Positions 1-12,087 of a stretch of 64,000 nucleotides of DNA are shown here, one piece after another. The DNA comes from Paraspadella gotoi (taxonomy: Eukaryota; Animalia; Chaetognatha): the NCBI GenBank assembly GCA_051294375.1, contig CM119266.1, forward strand, positions 24,634,312 to 24,698,311, given 5' to 3'. The position numbers and the translations under genes are program-made. Within the stretch, counting starts at the first letter, position 1, and the number at the start of each line of letters is the position of its first letter. Below the pieces are notes generated by a model. It worked only from the letters and a program-made list of their open reading frames with translations, ran no database searches and was not told the DNA's origin.

Positions 1-777
1 GCGTGGTTCTAAGCGTCGATCGTCGAAGAAACGATGATGAAGTCGAAGGAGCGACTTTTAAATTCGAATCCGAAAGCAGAAATTAATGACGAAGAAATGG
101 GAATGACTGATTGATGCGAAAAGAGACATTGATTGTTTGATTGTTTTCTGTTTTTGATGGTTAATGTGTTATCTACTTGCTGAAGGTTTGTCAATTTTGG
201 TTGATAAAATAGTTATTTCATTGGAAAGGTGTTAGTTAATTGTGAGGCGACTTACCACCGGTCCTTTATTTTCTCATATTTTCGTCTTATACAATTGGCT
301 ATTTTCTTTTGTTAACAGATTGAAAGTATATATAACTGAGTTGCAAGGTAATGTAGTGTCGAGTACGTGGTTGTGACATGCGCTGACGCTGGTCAATGCA
401 GCGTTGTGAGGGAATGAAAGAGAAACATCATGGCGGAAACTAATGGCAACTCGCTATCAGATCCGAGGCGGGGCGCGCGATTTAATCGCGAAGAAATAAA
501 CGCGAAAACCATGGGAACGAATTCGAAGCAGACGAATTGGTGGAAAGGCGGGGGGCGAGGGAGGGGTAGTAGTGAGGGAGAGGAGAGGAGGGTGGGAAAT
601 GGGAAGGAGATCGGCGGTGCAAGTAGCTCGTGGTCCTGGCGGTGAGCTAATGCTTAAGAGCATTGGAAACCGGCAATATCTCTACCAACAGTGGAGAGTG
701 GAGAAGTGGATCCAACGCATTGCATCCATGGTTGAGACGTTGGCCTTTCGTGATATTTGAAGCTTGCTTGTTCACCC

Positions 778-820
<43 letters not shown>

Positions 821-1958
821 CTCCTCTCTCTCTCTCTCTCTCTCTCGTCTTCTCTCTCTCTTCGTCATCCACGGGTGAGCGGCATCGTTTTTCGCTTTTC
901 CGTCCGACGATCAAGGCGGAACGGAGGACGACGCGGTTGACGCGCTTTTGATGAGTGGCGCCTCGTGACGCAACGCCATGGATCGTGGCGATTGTTGGCG
1001 CTTTTTTCTTAAAAAAACTGCTATCGAAAAGATCCCATTAGTGACTTGTATTTCTCAGAGGCAGTGAATTAAATTTAGAAGCATGAAACGTTTGATAATG
1101 TCCATTACAGTATATGGAATCTTGGAACAGCCAATATTTGATACATTTAAAAGAAATTGACACAAAAATTTCAATACATTCCCTATTTTTTTCTTTTATA
1201 GCGTACACTGTACATACAAATTTTTCTTTTTATCTTTCCTTCCTTTTCCCTTTCCTCGATCTGCTCTTTCTTTCTCCCTCGCATTTCCTTCCTCCCTCCT
1301 TCGTCTTTTTGGGCGTCGCTTTCACAAACGCTGCGACGAGGTACCGCTGCTTCCAACGCAGCAGCCCCTGCGCGGTCGGATCCGCCGCCGTACAGCGTCC
1401 GCCGCAGTCGCTGCTGCGTTGGAAGCAGCGGGTACCTCGTCGCAGCGTTTGTGAAAGGCCGACGCCCAAAAAGACGAAGGAGGGAGGAAGGAAATGCGAG
1501 GGAGAAAGAAAGAGCAGATCGAGGAAAGGGGAAAAGGAAAGGAAAGATAAAAAGAAAAATTTGTATGTACAGTGTACGCTATAAAAGAAAAAAATAGGGA
1601 AATGTATTGAAATTTTTGTGTCAATTTCTTTTAAATGTATCAAATATTGGCTGTTCCAAGATTCCATATACTGTAATGGACATTATCAAACGTTCATGCT
1701 TCTAAATTTAATTCACTGCCTCTGAGAAATACAAGTCACTAATGGGATCTTTTCGATAGCAGTTTTTTAAGAAAAAAGCGCCAACAATCGCCACGATCCA
1801 TGGCGTTGCGTCACGAGGCGCCACTCATCAAAAGCGCGTCAACAGCNNNNNNNNNNNNNNNNNNNNNNNNNACCGCGTCGTCCTCCGGTTCCGCCTTGAT
1901 CGTCGGACGGAAAAGCGAAAAACGATGCCGCTCACCCGTGGATGACGAGAGGAGAGAG

Positions 1959-1996
<38 letters not shown>

Positions 1997-1998
1997 AG

Positions 1999-2032
<34 letters not shown>

Positions 2033-2805
2033 GTGAACAAGCAAGCTTCAAATATCACGAAAGGCCAACGTCTCAACCATGGATGCAATGCGTTGGATCC
2101 ACTTCTCACTCTCCACTGTTTGTAGAGATATTGAGCGGTTTCCAATGCTCTTAAGCATTAGCTCACCGCCAGGACCACGAGCTACTTGCACCGCCGATCT
2201 CCTTCCCATTTCCCACCCTCCTCTCCTCTCCCTCACTACTACCCCTCCCTCGCCCCCCGCCTTCCACCAATTCGTCTGCTTCGAATTCGTTCCCATGTTT
2301 TCGCGTTTATTTCTTCGCGATTAAATCGCGCGCCCCGCCTCGGATCTGATAGCGAGTTGCCATTAGTTTCCGCCATGATGTTTCTCTTTCATTTTCCCTC
2401 ACAACGCTGCATTGACCAGCGTCAGCGCATGTCACAACCACGTACTCGACACTACATTACCTGCAACTCAGTGTTAATATACTTTTCAATCTGTTAACAA
2501 AAGAAAATAGCCAATTGTATAAGACGAAAATATGAGAAAATAAAGGACCGGTGGTAAGTCGCCTCACAATTAACTAACACCTTTCCAATGAAATAACTAT
2601 TTATCAACCAAAATTGACAAACCTTCAGCAAGTAGATAACCATTAACCATCAAAAACAGAAAACAATCAAACAATCAATGTCTCTTTTCGCATCAATCAG
2701 TCATTCCCATTTCTTCGTCATTAATTTCTGCTTTCGGATTCGAATTTAAAAGTCGCTCCTTCGACTTCATCATCGTTCTTCGACGATCGACGCTTAGAAC
2801 CACGC
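1..2805. repeat. Large fold-back palindrome, arms 1-1365 and 1410-2805, imperfect centre near 1389
   Basis: Base 1 onward (gcgtggttctaagcgtcgatcg) is the reverse complement of ~2784-2805. The same ORF (MESWNSQYLIHLKEID) appears at 1114+ and 1667-. The arms differ by small indels. Confidence 0.95.
430..760 (+). other. Possible ~110-aa orphan ORF, open only as a consensus of three copies
   Basis: ORF 430+ (MAETNGNSLSDPRR) and ORF 572+ (GGELMLKSIGNRQYLYQQWRVEKWIQRIASMVETLAFRDI) join in frame when the indel states of the copies at 2048-2375(-) and 11216-11373(-) are used. Confidence 0.25.
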
Positions 2806-2974
2806 CCACCGATGCCACCCCATTCGCCCCGCCCTTTTCACCCTTTTATCCCGCCCATTTCTCAACCCTTTCCCTGCTCCCCACCCTGCTTCCCGAACGC
2901 CCTTCTCCCCGACCCCACCTCCCGCCGCCATCGTTCTGCACGGGACGAAATGGGATGCTGAGTTTGAAAAGCGG

Positions 2975-3040
2975 AGAAAGAAAAAAGGGGAAGAAAAAGA
3001 GAGAGAGGAAAGGAGAGAGAGAGAGAGAGAGAGAGAAGAG

Positions 3041-3099
<59 letters not shown>

Positions 3100-3101
3100 A
3101 G

Positions 3102-3132
<31 letters not shown>

Positions 3133-3340
3133 AATTTAATCTCCCGTTTTTCGCATCTGAAGGGAAAAAAGAAATCGAGCGACGACGTCGTCAAAATTTG
3201 ACGAGAGGCGCGCAAACCCCCGTGAATGACGAGGACGACGAGGAGGACAACAACAACAACAACAACGAGAACGACGACGAGGCAACGCGAACAAAGCTCC
3301 CGTGACATAATCTCCCGGGAGCGGGGGAGAGAGAGAGAGG

Positions 3341-3397
<57 letters not shown>

Positions 3398-3410
3398 AGA
3401 AGAGAGATGG
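2975..3410. repeat. (GA)n and (AAC)n microsatellite cluster; also at 778-860, 1948-2028 and 11985-12350
   Basis: Direct inspection. Confidence 0.95.
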
Positions 3411-5142
3411 AATGACGCATCGGAGAAGGAAAGAGGGTCGGGGTTTAGGAGCGATGGATGGAAATTGTGATGTGGAGGGGAGGAAAAAGAGAGGGAGGTT
3501 AACGGAAGTTGTGACAGGGAAAAGGAAAAAATGAAAAAAAAAAAAAATTTAAAAAGGTATATAAAGAATGAATACAGGAATTGAGATGTCAGCCGATCTT
3601 ATATAATAAGAATTAAAATAGAGCTGAAAAATCAAAAAGGAACCTACTAGTTATACTAATTATAGTTAGGGTATTTTCCACGAAAACATGAGATTGCACG
3701 GACGCACGTACAGTATTTACATCTCAATCCGAATGTTTTCGCCAGAGAACGTTACGGTTGAGCGGGAGATTTGTACGTGCCGGAAATTACAAATCACGCT
3801 CCCTCGCCACAGCGTCGTCGTAAACAAACGTAGCGGCGGACGTAAAAACAAATATATACGCGTTGGCGTTTAGAGAAAAAGGGGGTCGACGCTGCCGACG
3901 CATTGCGACGCCTCGGCGTACATTATTCGAGGCTTTGCCGGTGTGTACTTGAAGCCCAGCGGTTTAAATTCATCGCCTACAAAATAAATAAAGTACCTTG
4001 AATAATCTGAGTTTTTTTATACTTTGGCTAAAAAGACCGTATGTTTGAAAAAAAAACAGTTTTTTGCCGACCCGTCGCTCTTTCCGACTTTTTCCGACGC
4101 ATTGCCGACCTTTCAGCCCGACGCCATCTCGACGATACAATTCGTTGAGACTTAGGAGCGACGCGTGGCGGCGATAAAGGAAAACCGAGAGAATAAAAAG
4201 GAAACGAAAATAGTAAAAGCGGAATTAGAGAAGGGAGAAGATGAAGGGAAAGTAGGAGGATGGGGGATTCTATGAGGCCAAAAGAAGTTGTGGATTCTTG
4301 AAGGGAATCCGTTTTCTCGATCGATCTCTCAACAATGTTGAGTCAACATTCTTTGCCGGGGAAGTGGAATGCAAATTTCATACAAAACTCGAAGTTTAAA
4401 GAAATATTTTACTCCAATAGAAAAAACAATTAATTACTATTAATTATTATAATTTTTTTATTGGTTGTATCAATTTCATAAGTTTAACGGAGATTCGAGA
4501 AACAAACCTTTTCTTCGCCATAATTTTCTTCCTTTCCATTTTCCACTTGAACCGATGGCGACAAAGTGTACCGACGCCGACCGACATGGACCGACCGCGA
4601 CCAAACTTTAATTTCCCCACATTAAATTTTTATTGGAAAGTCAGTCGAGGGACCTGACGAGCTTCGTTTTCGAATATTACAACACCTAAATTCCGATTCT
4701 TTTCTCGTCACAATTAGTCACACTCGGAATATTCGGCAGAACCGCCCCGGACGCGCGAAAAAAAAGGGACAACAGCGGCGGCGGCGGCAGCGTCGGCGGC
4801 GCCGCGGAAAATACCACCTCCGCTGCCGAAACCTCAGCTGCGGAAAAACTGACTACAGCAGCCGCAGCCAAGGCGCCAGCGGCGACTCCGTTGTATCTCT
4901 ATTCTCGAGTTCAAAGGAATTTTTGCCGCCGAAAAAAAAGGAAGGGACGACGACGACAGCGACGACGACCACCATTGCGCTTGCTAATTAACGCTCCGAC
5001 AATGAAACTTTAATTGAATAGATTTAATCTTTATGCGCAACGCATAATGCTTAGTTTAGTTTTCATTGATGGTGGTATGGTCTAAAAAAATTAATTCAAA
5101 ACGGGATACTTGATAATATGTATCTGTTAAATACGTAATTTC

Positions 5143-5338
5143 TTAATATAAAGATATATTTTCATTATAGAGAAAAGTGCATTTAACAGATAAAAACAAT
5201 TTTTTTCCCCAAATATTTCAGTGGCAAAAGTGGCAAAAAGCATTATCGCTTGCCACTGATGACTTAATATTGGGGAAAAAATCGCTTTTATTTGTTAAAT
5301 GCACTTTTCTCCATAATGAAAATATATCTTTATATTAA
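5143..5338. repeat. ~195 bp fold-back element with a decayed hammerhead-like core; duplicate at 14098-14294
   Basis: Arms ttaatataaagatatattttcattat...cagtggcaa and ttgccactg...ataatgaaaatatatctttatattaa are reverse complements. CTGATGA at 5256 is followed by a weak stem (cttaa/ttggg) and GAAA. Confidence 0.7.
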
Positions 5339-5438
5339 ATTAAGTGCTTGCGATGACGTTAAAATGCGTAATTTCTGAATCATATATAATCATTATTAAT
5401 TATTAATTATTATTATATATTATCATTAATAATCTTAC

Positions 5439-7480
5439 CCTCCGCGTTCTTCGTTCGCCGACGCGCAAGTTCTTCTTCGGAAGAGTCACAGGCTTTTGTG
5501 GAACATCTCACTGCATTTGCGAAATAGCCAAAAGTTAATTACGATTTTATTGGAATCAAAAGATCCAAGTCGCCACACCGTTAGTCCTCCTCCAACGCCG
5601 ATTACGTTGTCATGGAAACCGTTCTGCAAAGCGATATCCTGATTGGCGAAGGAAAATCCGGGATTCACGTGACCCGGAAATAGTTTTTGCTCTTGACAAA
5701 CGGGTGGGGGCAAAAGGGAGGACGGCTGACGTGGAGAAAGAAAATTATGAGACGTTTTTTCATGTCTTTATCACTGCATTTATTATATATACAACTATAT
5801 ACTCTAGTAGGGCATGGCAATAAGTTCACCCAGTGTTGATAAGGCGCTATGTGCGAAGTGGGCTTCTTTAACCCCTCTGGCAGCAATGGAACGGATCCTG
5901 GGCTTGGAACAAGGGTTGAGGGTTTTCCACACCCCCAAGGTAGTTTACATCCGTCTTAACGCTTTGAGAAGGGCTATACCATTGGGAAAAGATCTCGCTA
6001 CCTAATGGTCATGAGCTGATGGCATTACTCAAAGAGCCACCAGATGCCCGACTACATAACACTGTATATTCACTCCGCCTCACTGTCCATCATCGTTCAG
6101 CCAATCCCATAGGCTCAAGGGGAACACACCATCCCAAGCGTTGTGTTCCATTCACAGTCCTAAAGAATTCCCTCTGCGTTGGCAAAGCGAGACAGTCCTA
6201 TGGTAACCGCGCCAGTAATTGGAGGCGTCACTGAGGGTCGGAAGCCCCCAAAGCCAACAGTGAGATGCCCCATCCTGATGGGAATCACAGACAACCCGTG
6301 ACATAGTATTATCTATATTCACCGTTAAACATTTCGAAGCGAGACGCAGGTGGTCGAGACTCTCCGCGAAGGGATGATGGTGCTGCTGAGAAAGATGATG
6401 GTGCTGTTGATGTAAATGAAATGGTGTGGTGGGCGGTGATTGGGGGAAGCTGTAAGACGCCAAAGTTCCCGACGATCCCAGCGAGCACGGTCCATCTTGA
6501 GGAGATGAGAAAGAAACGTATTGTTTCTGTTTCACGTAATCAGTAATACTGCAGTTTCAATTTTAAAAGATGAAATGTGATTATTTGGACAAACGAGGAC
6601 AGCAAATAAACTAGGATGATGCCAGTCGCAACGAACTGAAATCAATGTCCCTAGTAAAGTCAAATGTTTAATTAAATCAGTTTACAATTAATAAAATCAA
6701 TCGTTCAATTAAAATCGTTCAATACTCAACTCTTCAAAGAATTTCCTCCCCCTCCTCCTCCTCCGTAGTGAATCTCGAAAGCGTCGCGGTGAAAATCATT
6801 CACTGTTGGCGACATCATCGCCGGGTGGCGAGAGCGTGACCGCTCCAATGGGGTGGCCCGTGCCCAGACCGTGCCCGATGGGGTGTCCGATGTGATGACC
6901 CAGACCGTGCCCGGCACCGATCGAATGTCCGGGAAATGAGACGAGGACGTGGGTAAGGATGTGAGAGTCGGTGACGCGAGGAAAGAATGGCGTGAGTTCG
7001 GAAGAGTCTGTGGGCCTATTTTCAAATGCATCAAAATGTAAGTAAAAAAATAATTGTGTTCGCTTGTGTACTTCTAGTAAAACAGTGTAGTCTAAACTCT
7101 GAAGGAATTAATTGATTTTTTGTTTATTCAAGTAAGTTGCATTTAAGTTGGTAGTACGATTTGGCGAGAAAAAAAAAAGAATAATGGGAGCTTACAAGAA
7201 AAAAAAATTTAAATAACAATCGTTAAAACGTATTTAAAATTACTTTTAAATTATAATTTTTTTTTATTAAATCAACTTCCGACTTGGAAAATGTTCGACG
7301 GACCAGATTCGAAACGCGCGCCATTTTCTTACTAGGAAACGCGACTGCCGTCCCCGGTCCTACGGCTTGACCGGTTGCGAGATATCTCTGCTGAAGCCCG
7401 GAGGCGTGACAAGTGGCCAGCGTTGCTGTCGACAAAGACGCCGGCGACGCGGAATAAGACGTATCACGATCCCGGACGAA
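5439..7480 (-). CDS. Putative multi-exon orphan gene with His/Gly/Ser-rich exons; duplicate at ~14393-16450
   Basis: GC-rich blocks, several bounded by AG/GT, translate as GHGLGHHIGHPIGHGLG, PTTPFHLHQQHHHLSQQHHH, EQKLFPGHVNPGFSF and CDSSEEELARRRTKNAE. No recognisable domain; both ends uncertain. Confidence 0.35.
5835..6055 (-). mobile_element. tRNA-derived SINE family A; duplicate at 14795-15017
   Basis: Reverse complement begins gtagtcgggcatctggtggctctttgagtaatgccatcagctcatgacc and ends agcgccttatc. Homologous to 36771-37053. Confidence 0.7.
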
Positions 7481-8936
7481 ACCCGGGCGTCGAAAGCGCC
7501 ATCGCGTGATCAAGTGGGAAAAAGAGTAAGAGAGGTTTTTTCTAGTTATTTCGATATATTTTCCATAATAAGTCGCGAATATTAATCCGAAAAGAAATTT
7601 GGCGTCTATCGATGTGGTGAAAGTTTTTTTTGCGCGAGAAAGAGATACTAATTATTTTTTCTTTTTTCCCCCCTTCTACCGTCCGAAGAAAACACACGTC
7701 AACAATTTCGTAAATGGTCCAGCCCTGCGACAGCGACGATGTCGACGAAAGCGGCGACGACGACGATGACGAGCTGTTGCTCTCTTTTTTTTCTTTCTGT
7801 CTCTCTCTCTTTCACCCAGACCGCCCCCCAAAAGGAAACCGCGGGCTTCGTGTGTGGTCCCAGCGTAGCCTGCGTAGAGGCAGTCAAATTCAAGACAACC
7901 AAAACTCTTATCTTTTTCGACCGTTTTAAAAAACAAAATTCGACAAAAAAAAGGAACAAAAGAATTGCGATTCATCCTCCATCTATTCCGCTTTTCGAGA
8001 ACATTCACGTCTTTTGTCTTTGATTTTGATTTCTGGTTCTTTTTTTTTATTTCTTTTTGTCAAAAAAGTAAACAAACCGTTACAGCAAGATTTATAACAA
8101 TTTATTTTCCGCGAAAGCTCAATTCAGACAATAAAGAACTATTATAACAGAAATTTAACCAATCACCTAAAAAATGAAAACAAGAATTGAAAGTTTGAAA
8201 CAGCCATGTATAAAATTAAAAAAAATCTATAGAACGGAATTACTATTTACAATATAATATAATTTAAAAACTTGTGTACAATTGGAATGTTTAGTATGTT
8301 CATTGTTCCAATGTCAAGTTCCAGGATGGAGCAAAACAAAGTTGTCATGTACAACGAATGTTAACTATAAGATAGGTCGTCCGTAGAGTAGGAAGATAGG
8401 ATACGGACTGGATACGTACATAAAAACATGAGTGCCGCAGTCACTTTCACAAATTAAGAAAATAATTGCATTTAATGGACAATTAGCTTCCTTATTAAAT
8501 ATCTCTAAGCGAATCATGTTTTTTAAAGCGAGCTTTGTTATCCAATATCCAAGACATTGTTGTAAAAATTATATTAGTACAAGTATGTTATCAACTTTAA
8601 TAAAATAGTTGTTTAACAAACACTTTTTTTGCAAATTTTGTATTATATATTTATTACATATGACAAAAAAAAATGGAAGTTTTAATCCAATTGTGCAACA
8701 CTTAGTCATTGTAAATACGGTAATACAAAAAATTACAGATCTGAAAAGATCTTACAAAACAAAACTGGAAGCGAGAGAATAAAATTCTCTCTTACTAAGA
8801 TTATTTTGCGCTATTAAGACCAACGAAATATTATTTCGCTTCGTTAAAATGCGACGGACAAACTCACATCCAATAACCCAGAAACAATCAACTCATTCCT
8901 GAAGTTTTTGATCCCACTCTGTTGGAATCCAATGAA

Positions 8937-11127
8937 TCAATTGATCCTGTGCTTCCGCTTCGAGTCCAACGATCCCGTCAAAGGCCGGAGCGACGACGAG
9001 ACCGACTTCTTAACAGACTCTTTGCCGCGCCGTCGGGCTCGCCGCTGCCGGAGTCGCTCTTCCCGCTTTCGTTAACTCCGTTGTCGCTAAGAGTCCGGAT
9101 TTCCGCACGGTCGTCGTCGTCGTCGTCGTCGTCGTTTTCGACGTCTTCTTTTCGGCTGAGCAATTCCGACTTAAAATTAAAAAAAGGGAGCAAAAGTTAT
9201 AAATTAATTAGAAAAACTACAATAAAAAAAATCTTTTTCGCCGTAAGTACTGTTTGCATTTAGTGACCTGGCATTCATGACGCTCATTTCGCGCTCACGG
9301 CGTTGACGTCGGGTGGATTCGTTACATATCGAAGATTAAGGCGCCAAATGTGGATCAACCAACGACCCTAAAACAAAAGAACATCTTTAGAAATAAAAAT
9401 AGGTCGCTGAAGATAACTGTTAAATGAGTCGAATTTAAAAGTCAACAGATACGAGCGATCTCCGGAACTTGCCGTCAGAAGCCTACCGTGATCACGCCAA
9501 AAAGACTTCCCAGAATGAAAAACAGAATCCCCAAGGCAGTAGTAACCATTGTATCGCCAACGTGCGAGAGTTCCGCTCAGCAAGCTCGCGTGTGAAGACT
9601 TCCCGAACATGATCGAGCGATGAACCCAAGAACTTCTGAGTTGGATTTTACATTTTTATAGTTTTATGAAGACATGGCTTAGCAAAGGATTAAAATATAT
9701 ATACATAATAGAAACAATATTATTTAAAAATTATATATATATATTAATAGATATTAAATAAATATTTAAAAATCTTTCGAAACAAAAATACGTATTTTGT
9801 ACGAAACAAAGATAAATTGACTAAATTGAACAATCCCCTCTTTACCGCCAAAGAGCATGACTATCGCGAGGCAAGCTAGATCTTCAACCGGCGCTTGACG
9901 AGTTCCTTTGGGGTCTTGGCGTTTGTAGTCGAGTTCATTGACGGACATCATCGACTTGGACTTGTCGTACAGACTCCGCATGGACTTGCCTGTAGCTAGG
10001 TTTCCCATCGACCGCCATGCTCTTCGTTTTCTGACGGGGAATTTCAAAAAGGTTTTTGTTGTTGTTGTTATCCTCTTGTCCTTTTCTTGCCTCGTAAGAA
10101 GCGATGGTAAATATATTTACTTAAGTATTTCTAGATAATCTTTATATATAATTGACAGAAATTTGGATATACATAACTAGGCCTTTACTTTTTTTTCATA
10201 ATTCAAAGCGAATCTAATAAATAAATATTCAACCATTATTACGAGTTCACACAAAATTCCAACCAACCCAGAAAAGACGGAGCTCGGCTGCGCCGATCGG
10301 CCTCCGGTCTCGTGATGGACCGAGTTTCGGTAGCTCTTGGAGATGCCCGCGATCCGTTGATGGTGGAGGTGGGATTTGGGACCGGCCGCAGTGGAACCGC
10401 CGGCTACTCGCATTAACACTGGAAGATGACAAAAACTAAGTAGTTGTCTCAAATATCGATGGTCAACACTCAATGGTCATCAAAGTGCACGCGTTACCTC
10501 GAGCACCACTCGCGGATTTTAGTTTAGCGCTCCGAGATTGGGAGGAGCGAGATAGTAGTAGGCGAGACGAGGATCGAGGCCAACTCGAAAATGAGGCCAA
10601 CGGTGGCGAGAAATTGGATGGTGATGAAGTAATCTGCGATGGAAAATAATTAGAATTAAATTAAGTGTTGAAATCAGGGTTTAAAAACGTTGTGAAGTCT
10701 ATAAGTTTTCAGAATCTAGGGGTCCTTTACGATTACTTTTGTAACTTTTGCCACACACCGTTAATTTCATTTGACCTCCGCACCTGTATTGAAGCCTCGC
10801 AAACTTGATAAAAATCGATTTGATAGTAAAAGTACCAGCCTCTCCAGGTTCGGTCCGAAACGTGATCGCTTTTCAAAGTGCGAATCCTTTTCTATATCGT
10901 TGCTGAAGAAAGAAAGATTTTAAATATTGGCGCCTTTTCTTATTATACGCCTTAGCCCTTACCTATCGATATTCAAGCCCCAAAAGACCTAAGGCTGACA
11001 TGGGTACGATGTCTGATATCTTTGAATCCAAAAGGTGACACATATCCGATGATGGAGCACAATAGCGTGAAACAACTGAGTCCACGTAGAATCGATCCAA
11101 AGCGGTGATTTTGTGAAAAAACGCCAT
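8937..11127 (-). pseudogene. Frameshifted copy of claudin-like gene B, most likely an error-rich duplicate of 17931-20092
   Basis: Same exons as 17931-20092, with multiple 1-bp indels breaking the frame. Confidence 0.6.
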
Positions 11128-11215
11128 TTCATTTGCTAGTAATTTATCACTATGGACGCTTTCACGAGGCTGGTTTTTTTATTGCTCCATTTAATATCGA
11201 AGAGTTTAGTCTTCT

Positions 11216-12039
11216 CTCTCCTCTCCCTCACTACTACCCCTCCCTCGCCCCCCGCTTTCCACCAATTCGTCTGCTTCGAATTCGTTCCCATGGTTTTTCG
11301 CGTTTATTTCTTCGCGATTAAATCGCGCGCCCCGCCTCGGATCTGATAGCGAGTTGCCATTAGTTTCCGCCATGATGTTTCTCTTTCATTTTCCCTCACA
11401 ACGCTGCATTGACCAGCGTCAGCGCATGTCACAACCACGTACTCGACACTACATTACCTGCAACTCAGTGTTAATATACTTTCAATCTGTTAACAAAAGA
11501 AAATAGCCAATTGTATAAGACGAAAATATGAGAAAATAAAGGACCGGTGGTAAGTCGCCTCACAATTAACTAACACCTTTCCAATGAAATAACTATTTAT
11601 CAACCAAAATTGACAAACCTTCAGCAAGTAGATAACCATTAACCATCAAAAACAGAAAACAATCAAACAATCAATGTCTCTTTTCGCATCAATCAGTCAT
11701 TCCCATTTCTTCGTCATTAATTTCTGCTTTCGGATTCGAATTTAAAAGTCGCTCCTTCGACTTCATCATCGTTCTTCGACGATCGACGCTTAGAACCACG
11801 CCCACCGATGCCACCCCATTCGCCCCGCCCTTTTCACCCTTTTATCCCGCCCATTTCTCAACCCTTTCCCCTGCTCCCCACCCTGCTTCCCGAACGCCTT
11901 CTCCCCGACCCCACCTCCCGCCGCCATCGTTCTGCACGGGACGAAATGGGATGCTGAGTTTGAAAAGCGGAGAAAGAAAAAAGGGAAGAGAAGAGAGAGA
12001 GAGGAGAGAGAGAAGGAGAGAGAGAGAGAGGAGAGAGAG

Positions 12040-12087
<48 letters not shown>

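Larger units (their letters stand above)
2221..11207. repeat. Copy A of a ~9 kb tandem duplication
   Basis: Collinear with 11216-20171. The junction at 11201-11220 joins the ...gaagagttt end to the ctctcctctccctcactact start. Confidence 0.95.

Noticed and set aside
647-3534. RERERE and LSLSLS ORFs, also at 11858-12573
   Set aside because: Translations of (GA)n microsatellites.
5439-5510. EEELARRRTKNAE as a bZIP basic region
   Set aside because: I found no downstream exon supplying the AAxxCR motif or a leucine zipper.
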